Position numbers and translations under genes: made by a program. From assembly GCA_048882385.1 (NCBI GenBank), contig JBHLRQ010000075.1, positions 1 through 15,941 on the forward strand: 15,941 nucleotides of DNA, in the 5' to 3' direction. The DNA comes from Candidatus Thorarchaeota archaeon. Lineage in GTDB: Archaea > Asgardarchaeota > Thorarchaeia > Thorarchaeales > Thorarchaeaceae. The notes beneath the pieces are model-generated. The model was not told the origin of the DNA and did no database searches. It saw nothing but the letters and a program-made list of their open reading frames with translations. Shown one piece after another: positions 1 through 7,331 of this stretch. The stretch's first letter is position 1, and every line of letters begins with the position of its first letter.

Positions 1-1208
1 GACTCAATAACCATTGGCTTAAGAGGAACCAACTTGGCAATCATGGACTCACCCTTCTTGACGAAGTCAGGCTTCTCCTCGATTACCTGTCCACTACGCT
101 GGTCGAGTTTCTGAAGGATCTCATCGAACCTACAGGCAACCTGAGCAGTGTGGGTGTGAATGACTGGGGTGTAACCGACAGTGATTGCACTTGGGTGCTG
201 AATAACCATCACTTGACCAGTGTAGTCTGCAGCGACTGTGGGTGGATTATCAGTTGGACCAGCAACATCACCACGACCAAGGTCCTTTCTCTCAATACCA
301 CGCACGTTGAAACCAATGTTGTCACCAGGTACTGCTTCAGGCAGTATCTCATGGTGCATCTCAATAGACTTGACTTCTCCAGTCTTGTTGGGTGGCATGA
401 AAGTGACTTTCATTCCAGTCTTCATGACTCCAGTTTCAACACGACCTACTGGTACTGTACCAACACCCTTGATTGAGTAGACATCATTGATGGGCACTCG
501 GAGTGGTTTGTCGGTTGGCTTTGGTGGAAGTGTCACCTGATCAAGAGCCTCGAGAAGGGAGGGACCATCGTACCATGGTGTCAGGTCGGGAGTTCTCTCC
601 TTAAGGTTTGCAGCATCGAGTGCTGAGGTTGGAATGAATGGAACATCTTCCTTTTTGTAACCAATACTTGCAAGGAATCCACCGACTTCTTCCTTGACCT
701 CTTTGTACCTGTCTTCACTATACTTGACGCTATCGTCATCACATTTGTTGATACATACAATCAATGAAGGGACACCGAGTGTCATAGCGAGATAGGCATG
801 CTCCTTGGTCTGGCCGCCAGGGCCAACACCAGCCTCGAACTCTCCTCGCTTTGCAGATACAACAAGCAGACCAACGTCAGCCTGTGAGGCTCCAGTGATC
901 ATGTTCTTGATGAAGTCCTTGTGGCCAGGAGCGTCAATGATTGTGTAATAGTACTTGTCAGTGAGGAACTTGAAGAAGGCAATGTCAATGGTTAGACCAC
1001 GCTCTCGCTCCTCTTTCAGACGGTCCAGCGCAAAAGCCCATGCCCAGCTGGGCCGCCCAAGTTTCTCTGCTTCGGCCTTATGCTGTTGGAAAGTACGCTC
1101 GTCAACAGCGCCTGTTTCGTATAGGAGTCGGCCTGTCATGGTGGACTTACCATGGTCAACGTGACCGATGACCACCAAGTTCAGGTGCTCCTTATCTTTC
1201 TTGGACAA
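1..1208 (-). CDS. tuf: Elongation factor 1-alpha (aEF1A), 3' end truncated by window edge
   Basis: Manual translation from TTG at 1208: [30 protein letters not shown]...[10 protein letters not shown]...[20 protein letters not shown]...INKCD...PTSAL...[13 protein letters not shown]. All translational GTPase motifs present and the frame stays open to position 1. GGAG SD lies 9 nt upstream; an in-frame TAG just upstream excludes an earlier start. Not in the ORF track. Confidence 0.98.
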   Translation of the reverse strand, partial: MSKKDKEHLNLVVIGHVDHGKSTMTGRLLYETGAVDERTFQQHKAEAEKLGRPSWAWAFALDRLKEERERGLTIDIAFFKFLTDKYYYTIIDAPGHKDFIKNMITGASQADVGLLVVSAKRGEFEAGVGPGGQTKEHAYLAMTLGVPSLIVCINKCDDDSVKYSEDRYKEVKEEVGGFLASIGYKKEDVPFIPTSALDAANLKERTPDLTPWYDGPSLLEALDQVTLPPKPTDKPLRVPINDVYSIKGVGTVPVGRVETGVMKTGMKVTFMPPNKTGEVKSIEMHHEILPEAVPGDNIGFNVRGIERKDLGRGDVAGPTDNPPTVAADYTGQVMVIQHPSAITVGYTPVIHTHTAQVACRFDEILQKLDQRSGQVIEEKPDFVKKGESMIAKLVPLKPMVIE

Positions 1209-1283
1209 GGCATAATTCTCCTTATTCTATTTTAGTCGGTCCCCTAAGGTGGGAACCTGCTTGGCTCTCACCTTGTGGGATGC

Positions 1284-1300
1284 TTTTAATCGTTTCGACA
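1284..1300 (-). promoter_or_regulatory. Putative BRE + TATA promoter of EF-1alpha
   Basis: Minus strand TGTCGAAAC-G-ATTAAAA: purine-rich BRE-like element followed by TTAAAA, about 75 nt upstream of the start codon. Confidence 0.55.
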
Positions 1301-1400
1301 GGTTCAATTAACTAGAGGAATAGAGAGCCTTCTGTAACATTTTTTTATCAACCAAAGAGGTCATTGAGAGGTCCATCTAGCTTCTGCGGCTGATTAATCG

Positions 1401-2642
1401 TTATAATGATCTTGATCTTCGATACAATAAAAGTGCGATTGCAACAAGAATCCCAATTCCAGAAATTGTAAAGATTTCCAGAATTGGGAATGAAGGGCTT
1501 TCGTCAACAATCGATTGTAAGATATAATCTCTGAAGAGATCGAATTCAGGGTCATATCCATCATCTGGAACATGTGCTGTGAATGCAACTACTAAGTCAT
1601 GTTCAGGAGCCACCATAATCTTCTGTCCATAACGACCATAGGCAAAATAGATTCCAAGGTCAGATCGAGTCCACCAGTGCCAACCGTAACCAAATGATGC
1701 GCCTAGTGGATTATTCAAGTCAATAGGCTTTGTTGCATTCGAAACAAAGTAAGAGGGTAGTATCTGGGTGTCATTCCATGTTCCATTATTCAAGTAGAGA
1801 AAACCCAGTTTCGCAATATCACGAGTGGTTAAACGAAGACCTCCAAATGTGTTACACCAACCTCCCGATGTGGCATACCAAGTTGAAAATCCAAAACCAA
1901 GAGGCTCAAACAGATATTGCTGAGCAAACTCGTAGGTAGTTAAATTTGAGATATGCTGGATTATAGCACCAAGTAATAGTGATGCACCTCCATTATAGAC
2001 CCAATGTGTTCTAGGTGTATAGACCATGGGTTTGTCAAGAACATATTGAACAGCATCAGGACTCTCCATCATTGCTCTCAAAGTGTTATTCTCAGCATCT
2101 TCGTAGGCGTAAGACCATTCGTCCCACTCAAAACCAGGAGTCATGGTAAGCAGATCCTCAATGGTCATCTCATCTTTTAGAGGATCGGGATTGGCTATCG
2201 TGTATTCTGGAAAAAAACTGAGAACTGTTTCATTGACGCCTTGTAAAAGGCCTTGTTGGATAGCAATTCCAATGAGTGTGGATGCAAAGCTCTTGGTTAC
2301 TGAATGAAGAAGTGTAAGATGATTAGCAGAATAGTATTCATGTGGATACTCTTCAAAGACTGCATATCCGTTTCTTATTACTAGAACGGAGTGTATAGGA
2401 TATCCTTGTTCCTCGATGAAGTCCATCATTTCATTTAAGGTGTCATTACTCATTCCCTGCTCTTGGGGAGTACTATATCTCCAACTGTCTGTTGGCCAGT
2501 ATGGAGGATCCTCTTGAGAAATTATTGATTTGGTGTCAATATCATCAGATGCATTTGATTGCGTACAAGGAAGTATCACTAATAGTAGAACAAAAATTGT
2601 CACGAAGGTAATAACTCTTGATTTGCCAGTTCTCTGACTCAT
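1401..2642 (-). CDS. Secreted, C-terminally anchored serine hydrolase (beta-lactamase class C / NylB-like)
   Basis: SxxK motif (HSVTKS), DLLTMTPG, catalytic Tyr region (WVYNGG), GGLRLTTRDIAKLG, YGWHWW, FAYGRYGQ. N-terminal signal peptide; C-terminal TM helix followed by RRSR. Confidence 0.9.
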   Translation of the reverse strand: MSQRTGKSRVITFVTIFVLLLVILPCTQSNASDDIDTKSIISQEDPPYWPTDSWRYSTPQEQGMSNDTLNEMMDFIEEQGYPIHSVLVIRNGYAVFEEYPHEYYSANHLTLLHSVTKSFASTLIGIAIQQGLLQGVNETVLSFFPEYTIANPDPLKDEMTIEDLLTMTPGFEWDEWSYAYEDAENNTLRAMMESPDAVQYVLDKPMVYTPRTHWVYNGGASLLLGAIIQHISNLTTYEFAQQYLFEPLGFGFSTWYATSGGWCNTFGGLRLTTRDIAKLGFLYLNNGTWNDTQILPSYFVSNATKPIDLNNPLGASFGYGWHWWTRSDLGIYFAYGRYGQKIMVAPEHDLVVAFTAHVPDDGYDPEFDLFRDYILQSIVDESPSFPILEIFTISGIGILVAIALLLYRRSRSL

Positions 2643-2677
2643 TTAAGCTAACCATTCAGAGGAACCGGTTTTGTATC

Positions 2678-2683
2678 TTTAAA
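2678..2683 (-). promoter_or_regulatory. Possible TATA box of the serine hydrolase gene
   Basis: TTTAAA (within the palindrome TCTTTAAAGA) about 35 nt upstream of the ATG, with no SD; consistent with a short-leader transcript. Confidence 0.35.
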
Positions 2684-2740
2684 GAGGTGGAACTCAGCAA
2701 GAACTTGGTGTGGCTGAAAATGTTCAAACTAAAAATACAA

Positions 2741-3118
2741 TCATATTAAATCAGGTATTGAGGCGGGTTTGTCTTTCAAATCCTGAAGTGTTTCTAGTGG
2801 AATCCAGCCTTCCTCACCTAAAGTGGTTCGCACCCAAGCCCATCCACTCTCTACATCCAATACAATCACTTCCTGACCCTCCTCAATTGTCAGTTCTCGT
2901 GAATTGTAGTCTTTGATAAATTGGTACTGTCCAGAATCAGACGCTTTTTCGAGATATGTTTCTGGCACCCATGCGGCTGTACCAACATGATTCTGACACC
3001 AGAGCCAGCCCTCATACTCGGTTTCACGTTTTTCCCCTTGAACAACCTCGCCTTTCACTGCTATCAAAGGAATATGGAACTCGCTAACATGGCTCTTGAT
3101 TACCTTCAGTATCTTCAT
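2741..3118 (-). CDS. Tandem SH3-domain protein (variant SH3)
   Basis: Two SH3-like repeats: VIKSH...KGEVV...EGWLWC...AAWVPETYL and FIKDYNSRELTIEEGQEV...SGWAWV...GEEGWIPLETL. ATG 3118 follows GAGTGA; the alternative GTG start at 3127 overlaps the upstream stop. Confidence 0.8.
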   Translation of the reverse strand: MKILKVIKSHVSEFHIPLIAVKGEVVQGEKRETEYEGWLWCQNHVGTAAWVPETYLEKASDSGQYQFIKDYNSRELTIEEGQEVIVLDVESGWAWVRTTLGEEGWIPLETLQDLKDKPASIPDLI

Positions 3119-3123
3119 CTTTT

Positions 3124-3663
3124 TCACTCACTAATCAGTTGTTTTATCCAGTCGTGGATCATATCCCAATCTCGGAAGTCAATCTTTTCCGGTATTTCTT
3201 CACCAGGGGGCATCTGGCTTTTCACTATGTTCTTGACAAGAGCCCGAATGACGAGATTGTACTTTTTGAACTCAAATACTCCTCCAATTAATGCAGTGGA
3301 AATAGGTGACAGACCGGGATATTTTTCCGGCATGCTGTCTAGATACTCAGCCTGCGCTTCAGCAACCCTGTCCGGATTTCCTGCATATCCGCTTACAACG
3401 AAAAGCGCGACATTGGTTCTAGACAGTTGTTCCAGCTTCTGTTCGATAAATTCCAGTGGTTCATTTTTCCACTGACCTTGTCGAATTCCGCTCCCGATGA
3501 TAACTAGGTCATAGTCCTCAGGTGCAGGAAATGGGGGTCCCTTCTCTAAATTAACAACATCTACCTGGGCTCCAAGTTCCTTGGCGGTCTTACTCATTTC
3601 ACGGACCACTTCGGTGGTTGAGCCGTATCGCGTTCCGTAGCAAATCAGGATTTTTTCCATCAT
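3124..3663 (-). CDS. Flavodoxin-fold protein, HemG/Flavodoxin_5-like
   Basis: FMN-binding loop YGTRYGST, YDLVIIGSGI..GQW, VALFVVS, and C-terminal DFRDWDMIHDW typical of the HemG-like family. Function as a protoporphyrinogen oxidase is not established. Confidence 0.85.
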   Translation of the reverse strand: MMEKILICYGTRYGSTTEVVREMSKTAKELGAQVDVVNLEKGPPFPAPEDYDLVIIGSGIRQGQWKNEPLEFIEQKLEQLSRTNVALFVVSGYAGNPDRVAEAQAEYLDSMPEKYPGLSPISTALIGGVFEFKKYNLVIRALVKNIVKSQMPPGEEIPEKIDFRDWDMIHDWIKQLISE

Positions 3664-3745
3664 GATGAATCACGAGATACGTACTGGATTCTCACAAAAC
3701 GCTTTCGACATGGCATTCGAATGATCAAATCCGCGGATAGTTTTA

Positions 3746-4789
3746 CTAGAAATTCACTGTGTCTGATGTGAAGACATATGCAATATTGGCACCTGTCTGT
3801 ACAGCCTGAAGACTTCCCGGAGTTCCAAGAATGTCACCGCATGGATAAGCCCAGATGTAGCCGTCCACCGGACACTCAACTCTTTCTAAGACGTCACCAT
3901 AGAGATTGTAGATTTCAGCGAACACTTCTCCCTTCTTCATGAAGTCGCCAGGTGTCTTCAAAAACCGAATAAGACCTCCTCTGTTTGCTCGTACTATGCC
4001 ATGAAATGTACAGATTCCTGGTATGACTGTGATTCCTTCTTGGGATTCAATTTCACCATCAATCATATCGAAGGTTTTCAGTATATTGAGTATTCCCCGA
4101 ACACCGACAGTAGTCGAAGGTTCAGAGATCCACCTTCCGTCAATGAGTTCGATGAGAATGTCCGGAACCCCATTCTTCACAGCTAGGTTTGCAAGTGTGT
4201 CTGGTGCATCGTCAGTGACTGGAACACTTTCAACCACGTTAGTAACGCCAAAAGCTTCAGCCATCCTCTCAAGTTTCTCTTTTGTTTTGGGGTTGCCAAC
4301 ATTGATCTCTGTGAAAAAGAGGGAATCAGGTCTTACGTTTGTATGAATATTAAGAACCATGTCAGCCTTACTCCAAGCTTCTTTCCAAAGAATATGCGCC
4401 AAACGCTCAGTAGCTGTGCCGTCTGGTTTGTCTGCTGTTAACGGACTAGCACTACCACCGCCACCTAAATCCTGATTGTCTATCCAAGATAGATATTGAT
4501 GGTGCATGAAGGCCAAAGGGTTCTCTACGGGAATCCCGATGATTGCACCACGGAGGTCTTTGGGATTAACCTTTTCCCTCATTATCTTCAATATGACCTC
4601 GATACCCTGAATTTCTATACCATGCTGTGTGGAAACCATGAGAATTGTTGGTCCATCATCTTTCCCATTCATGACAAGAACCGGGATATCAATACTAGTC
4701 GTTGTGTTCAGTTCGATTCCCTTGATTATTCCCTTCTGGAGTTCACCCTTTCTCGCCGTGGCTGTACCAACCGTAAGTTCGTCTGACAA
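3746..4789 (-). CDS. Succinylglutamate desuccinylase/aspartoacylase (M14-like) family metallohydrolase
   Basis: DIPVLVMNGKDDGPT, Zn motif HxxE (QHGIE), IPVENPLAF, TERLA, third ligand NIHT, C-terminal biotinyl-like domain (VRANRGG...PGD...GEV...ECPVDG). TTG start with GAGGT SD; double stop TAG TAA. Confidence 0.85.
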   Translation of the reverse strand: MSDELTVGTATARKGELQKGIIKGIELNTTTSIDIPVLVMNGKDDGPTILMVSTQHGIEIQGIEVILKIMREKVNPKDLRGAIIGIPVENPLAFMHHQYLSWIDNQDLGGGGSASPLTADKPDGTATERLAHILWKEAWSKADMVLNIHTNVRPDSLFFTEINVGNPKTKEKLERMAEAFGVTNVVESVPVTDDAPDTLANLAVKNGVPDILIELIDGRWISEPSTTVGVRGILNILKTFDMIDGEIESQEGITVIPGICTFHGIVRANRGGLIRFLKTPGDFMKKGEVFAEIYNLYGDVLERVECPVDGYIWAYPCGDILGTPGSLQAVQTGANIAYVFTSDTVNF

Positions 4790-4854
4790 TTTTCTGACCT
4801 CACTTCAGACTGGTTGCTTTTGCCAGACATATTCTTTACGATACTTGTTGAATG

Positions 4855-5058
4855 TTATCGATTTCGAACTTCAAGATATATGACAAGTAGAAGTAGAAAA
4901 ATCATAATCGAGAAAAGATAGAAAATCTGACTCCAGTAATACAAGACCGGCTCTGGAGTTATTGAGAAAGTACTCAGGAGGTACTCAATGAGTGTAAAGG
5001 ATAATAGAATGAGCCCAAAAACCATGATGAATATTTCTAGAGCCTTCTTTCTCTCCAT
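4855..5058 (-). CDS. Small hypothetical membrane protein (2 TM, 67 aa)
   Basis: From ATG 5058 (MERKKALEIFIMVFGLILLSF...YLFSIMIFLLLLVIYLEVRNR): two hydrophobic helices with basic termini; fills the gap between co-oriented genes. The track start at 5109 overlaps the EamA gene and is less likely. Confidence 0.55.
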   Translation of the reverse strand: MERKKALEIFIMVFGLILLSFTLIEYLLSTFSITPEPVLYYWSQIFYLFSIMIFLLLLVIYLEVRNR

Positions 5059-5089
5059 GTTTTGCACGCGATAAAACTCACATATCCCC

Positions 5090-6013
5090 TTATAGATGGT
5101 TTTCATCAACTTTTTTGCGAGCAGGCATCATTTGTGCGAGAACTACTCCCACCATAGTTAGAAAACCTCCAAGGAGTTGAAGAGCTGTTACTGTTTCTTG
5201 AAGTACTATGACCGACATCAGAACACCCCATACTCCAATCAAGTTCAACGTGATCTGAACGCGAGACGCTTCGATATATTTCATGGATTCATAATACAGT
5301 ATGAATGCCAGTACTGTGTTTATCACAGCTACCCACAATACAATGGACCATGATAAAACACTCATTCTGAGTAGGATTGTTACGTCTTCTAGAAAGATGG
5401 CAGACAACCAGATGAAAGGAACTGCAACTAATGTACTGTAGAATGTAGTTGATACAGCATCAACAGACCGAACCGCAATCTTTCCAGCAATACCATTTAT
5501 TGCAAAGAAAAATGTAGAAGCAATCACAATAATGTCCCCGAGTACACGAAATAAATCGAAACCAACATAGTCCGGTGATGCGTTAATCACAATGAGTGTT
5601 GCACCAACGGTAGCGAGTAGCAAACCTCCAAGCTTTTCCAAAGTAATAGCTTCATTTAGTATGAATGCAGCCAGAATTACAGCAAAAATTGGAGTCAGAT
5701 TCAATAATAGAAGTGCATCGCTTGCTGCGGTCATTTCAAGGCCAATATACTGCATGACTTGAGAAATGAAAGGGCCACTGAGTCCTGCGATTGCTAGGAT
5801 TTTCCAGTGTTTTTTCATATCACCTACATTCTTTCGTTTCCTTTGATGTAAGGTCAGAATTAGAAGAAATGGGCAAGCAAGTGTATATCTCAGGGCAACG
5901 AATACTATTGGACCAACATTCTCTGTGAAAACTATCTTGGCTAGAATCAGTGACGACGCCCATACAAATGTTGTTGTAACAAGTGCAGCATATGCTAGAG
6001 AGAGTCTACTCAT
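5090..6013 (-). CDS. DMT/EamA family transporter
   Basis: About 10 TM helices in two EamA repeats: FVWASS..LAK, GPIVFVALRY, GLEMTAASDALLLLNLTPIFAVILAAFILNE, LQETVTALQLLGG. ATG 6013 (or TTG 6016) after GAGGA. Confidence 0.92.
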   Translation of the reverse strand: MSRLSLAYAALVTTTFVWASSLILAKIVFTENVGPIVFVALRYTLACPFLLILTLHQRKRKNVGDMKKHWKILAIAGLSGPFISQVMQYIGLEMTAASDALLLLNLTPIFAVILAAFILNEAITLEKLGGLLLATVGATLIVINASPDYVGFDLFRVLGDIIVIASTFFFAINGIAGKIAVRSVDAVSTTFYSTLVAVPFIWLSAIFLEDVTILLRMSVLSWSIVLWVAVINTVLAFILYYESMKYIEASRVQITLNLIGVWGVLMSVIVLQETVTALQLLGGFLTMVGVVLAQMMPARKKVDENHL

Positions 6014-6065
6014 CAAATGGTCCTCGTTGTAATTATTGGAAATGAACTATCTGATAAGATAAGCT

Positions 6066-6114
6066 GAAGAAGTAGAAATTAGAATAGAAGTTGCACGGGG
6101 CTCCCATGCAGCTT
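6066..6114 (-). terminator. Putative terminator after rps7 (hairpin plus pyrimidine-rich tract)
   Basis: Minus strand AAG-C-TGCATGGG-AGC-CCCGTGCA-A-CTT stem-loop (6088-6114) starting 8 nt after the rps7 stop, followed by CTATTCTAATTTCTACTTCTTC. Confidence 0.5.
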
Positions 6115-6122
6115 GTAATGGA

Positions 6123-6776
6123 TTATCTTGCAGAACGGGCCACACGTTCTCGTTCTTCCTTCCGGGCCACAGCGAAGCTACCTGGGTCGTTCTTGTATGC
6201 AAGAAGAAGTTCATCGACCAAGCATTCTTCGAATGATTTGGCATTCTTGTGTGCTGATCGGACTGCACCTACTGAGAGGTATCTCAGAGCAAGATCAATC
6301 CTTCTCTGAGGTGAAACATCAACAGAACGCGGGTAGGCCATTCCACCATAGGAGATTCTGGTGGTTTCCTCAGCAGGAGCTGCATTCTCAATTGCTGTGA
6401 CTAGAACCTGAACGGGGTTCAGACCAGTTCTGTAATTGATTATCTCAAAGACACGTCTAAGTGTGGAGATTGCTCTTAGTTTCTTGCCAGCACCTCTACC
6501 AGTTCGGGTCTTCTTGTCCTTTCGACGACCTGCATTGAGCATCTTATTCGCAAACCGTTCAACAATGGGAATGTTTGACTTGTGGAATCTCTTGTGAGCA
6601 TGACGACCTGAAGTGTGAGGGATTAATACAGGTTTCAATGAAATGTATCTTGCTAGACCTACATCATTTAGCTGTACATCTGTAGAGTCCCACTTACCAA
6701 AAAGGAGAAGTTCTGGGGGTTCGTGAGGTGGGGCTTCTTCAACAACTGGCTCAACTGTTTCTTCTTCTGACATCAT
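6123..6776 (-). CDS. rps7: 30S ribosomal protein S7 (uS7)
   Basis: LFGKWD, PHTSGRHAHKRFHKSNIPIVERF, NPVQVLVTAIENAAPAEETTRISYGG, VDVSPQRRIDLAL, KEERERVARSAR. Start is ATG 6776 or 6773 after an AGGTGG SD; the track GTG at 6782 lies inside the SD. Confidence 0.97.
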   Translation of the reverse strand: MMSEEETVEPVVEEAPPHEPPELLLFGKWDSTDVQLNDVGLARYISLKPVLIPHTSGRHAHKRFHKSNIPIVERFANKMLNAGRRKDKKTRTGRGAGKKLRAISTLRRVFEIINYRTGLNPVQVLVTAIENAAPAEETTRISYGGMAYPRSVDVSPQRRIDLALRYLSVGAVRSAHKNAKSFEECLVDELLLAYKNDPGSFAVARKEERERVARSAR

Positions 6777-6782
6777 AACCAC

Positions 6783-7226
6783 CTAACGAATCGGTTTCTC
6801 TTTTCTACCATAAATCAGAGATTCTAGACCAACGCCGTTAACCTTGATCACTTTCCAAGAAACACCTGGCAGGTCTCCTATTGGACCTCCCTGTGCACCA
6901 CCTATGCCTTCAACTACAACAGAGTCATGTTCATCAATGTACTTTAGACCACCATCCCCAGGTATGAACGCTGTAATCTGTTTTCCATTCTTTGAAAGTT
7001 GAATCCTTACAGCCTTTCGAATAGCAGAGTTCGGCTGTTTTGACTCGATACCTACTTTTTCAAGTACTATACCTCTTGCTTGAGGAGCTCCCTCTAGGGG
7101 GTCAGTTTTCCTCTTCAGCTTGAGGACTCGCCTTTTGTAAGTGGGCTTCTTCCAGCGGAACTTCTTCCTCTTTCTGAGGAGAGGCCTTGCTGCGAATTCG
7201 CCCAGTGGGGATTTTGAACCTGTCAG
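6783..7226 (-). CDS. rps12: 30S ribosomal protein S12 (uS12), non-canonical CTG start
   Basis: Manual translation, 147 aa: (M)[24 protein letters not shown]...[51 protein letters not shown]...[31 protein letters not shown]. In-frame TAA three codons upstream; GAGGT SD 8 nt before the CTG. Missed by the ORF track. Confidence 0.97.
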   Translation of the reverse strand: MTGSKSPLGEFAARPLLRKRKKFRWKKPTYKRRVLKLKRKTDPLEGAPQARGIVLEKVGIESKQPNSAIRKAVRIQLSKNGKQITAFIPGDGGLKYIDEHDSVVVEGIGGAQGGPIGDLPGVSWKVIKVNGVGLESLIYGRKEKPIR

Positions 7227-7304
7227 GATAATTTACCTCTTTTCAGTGAGTGTAGCATACAGAGTACGCTCTGCATGGTGGTTATCGGCTCCGGCCTGTT
7301 GTAA

Positions 7305-7312
7305 CCTTAAAA
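7305..7312 (-). promoter_or_regulatory. Putative internal TATA box upstream of rps12
   Basis: TTTTAAGG on the minus strand in the 105-nt nusA-rps12 spacer. Confidence 0.45.
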
Positions 7313-7331
7313 GGATTATGAAAGGAAACGT

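Noticed and set aside
150-1164. Plus-strand ORFs 150-476, 238-480 and 955-1164
   Set aside because: Antisense shadows of EF-1alpha; no recognisable motifs.
1240-1280. SECIS or PYLIS interpretation of the hairpin
   Set aside because: It lacks the tandem G-A core of a SECIS, and the neighbouring genes have no in-frame TGA/TAG.
2921-3475. 184-aa plus-strand ORF
   Set aside because: Antisense to the SH3 and flavodoxin genes, which carry clear family motifs.
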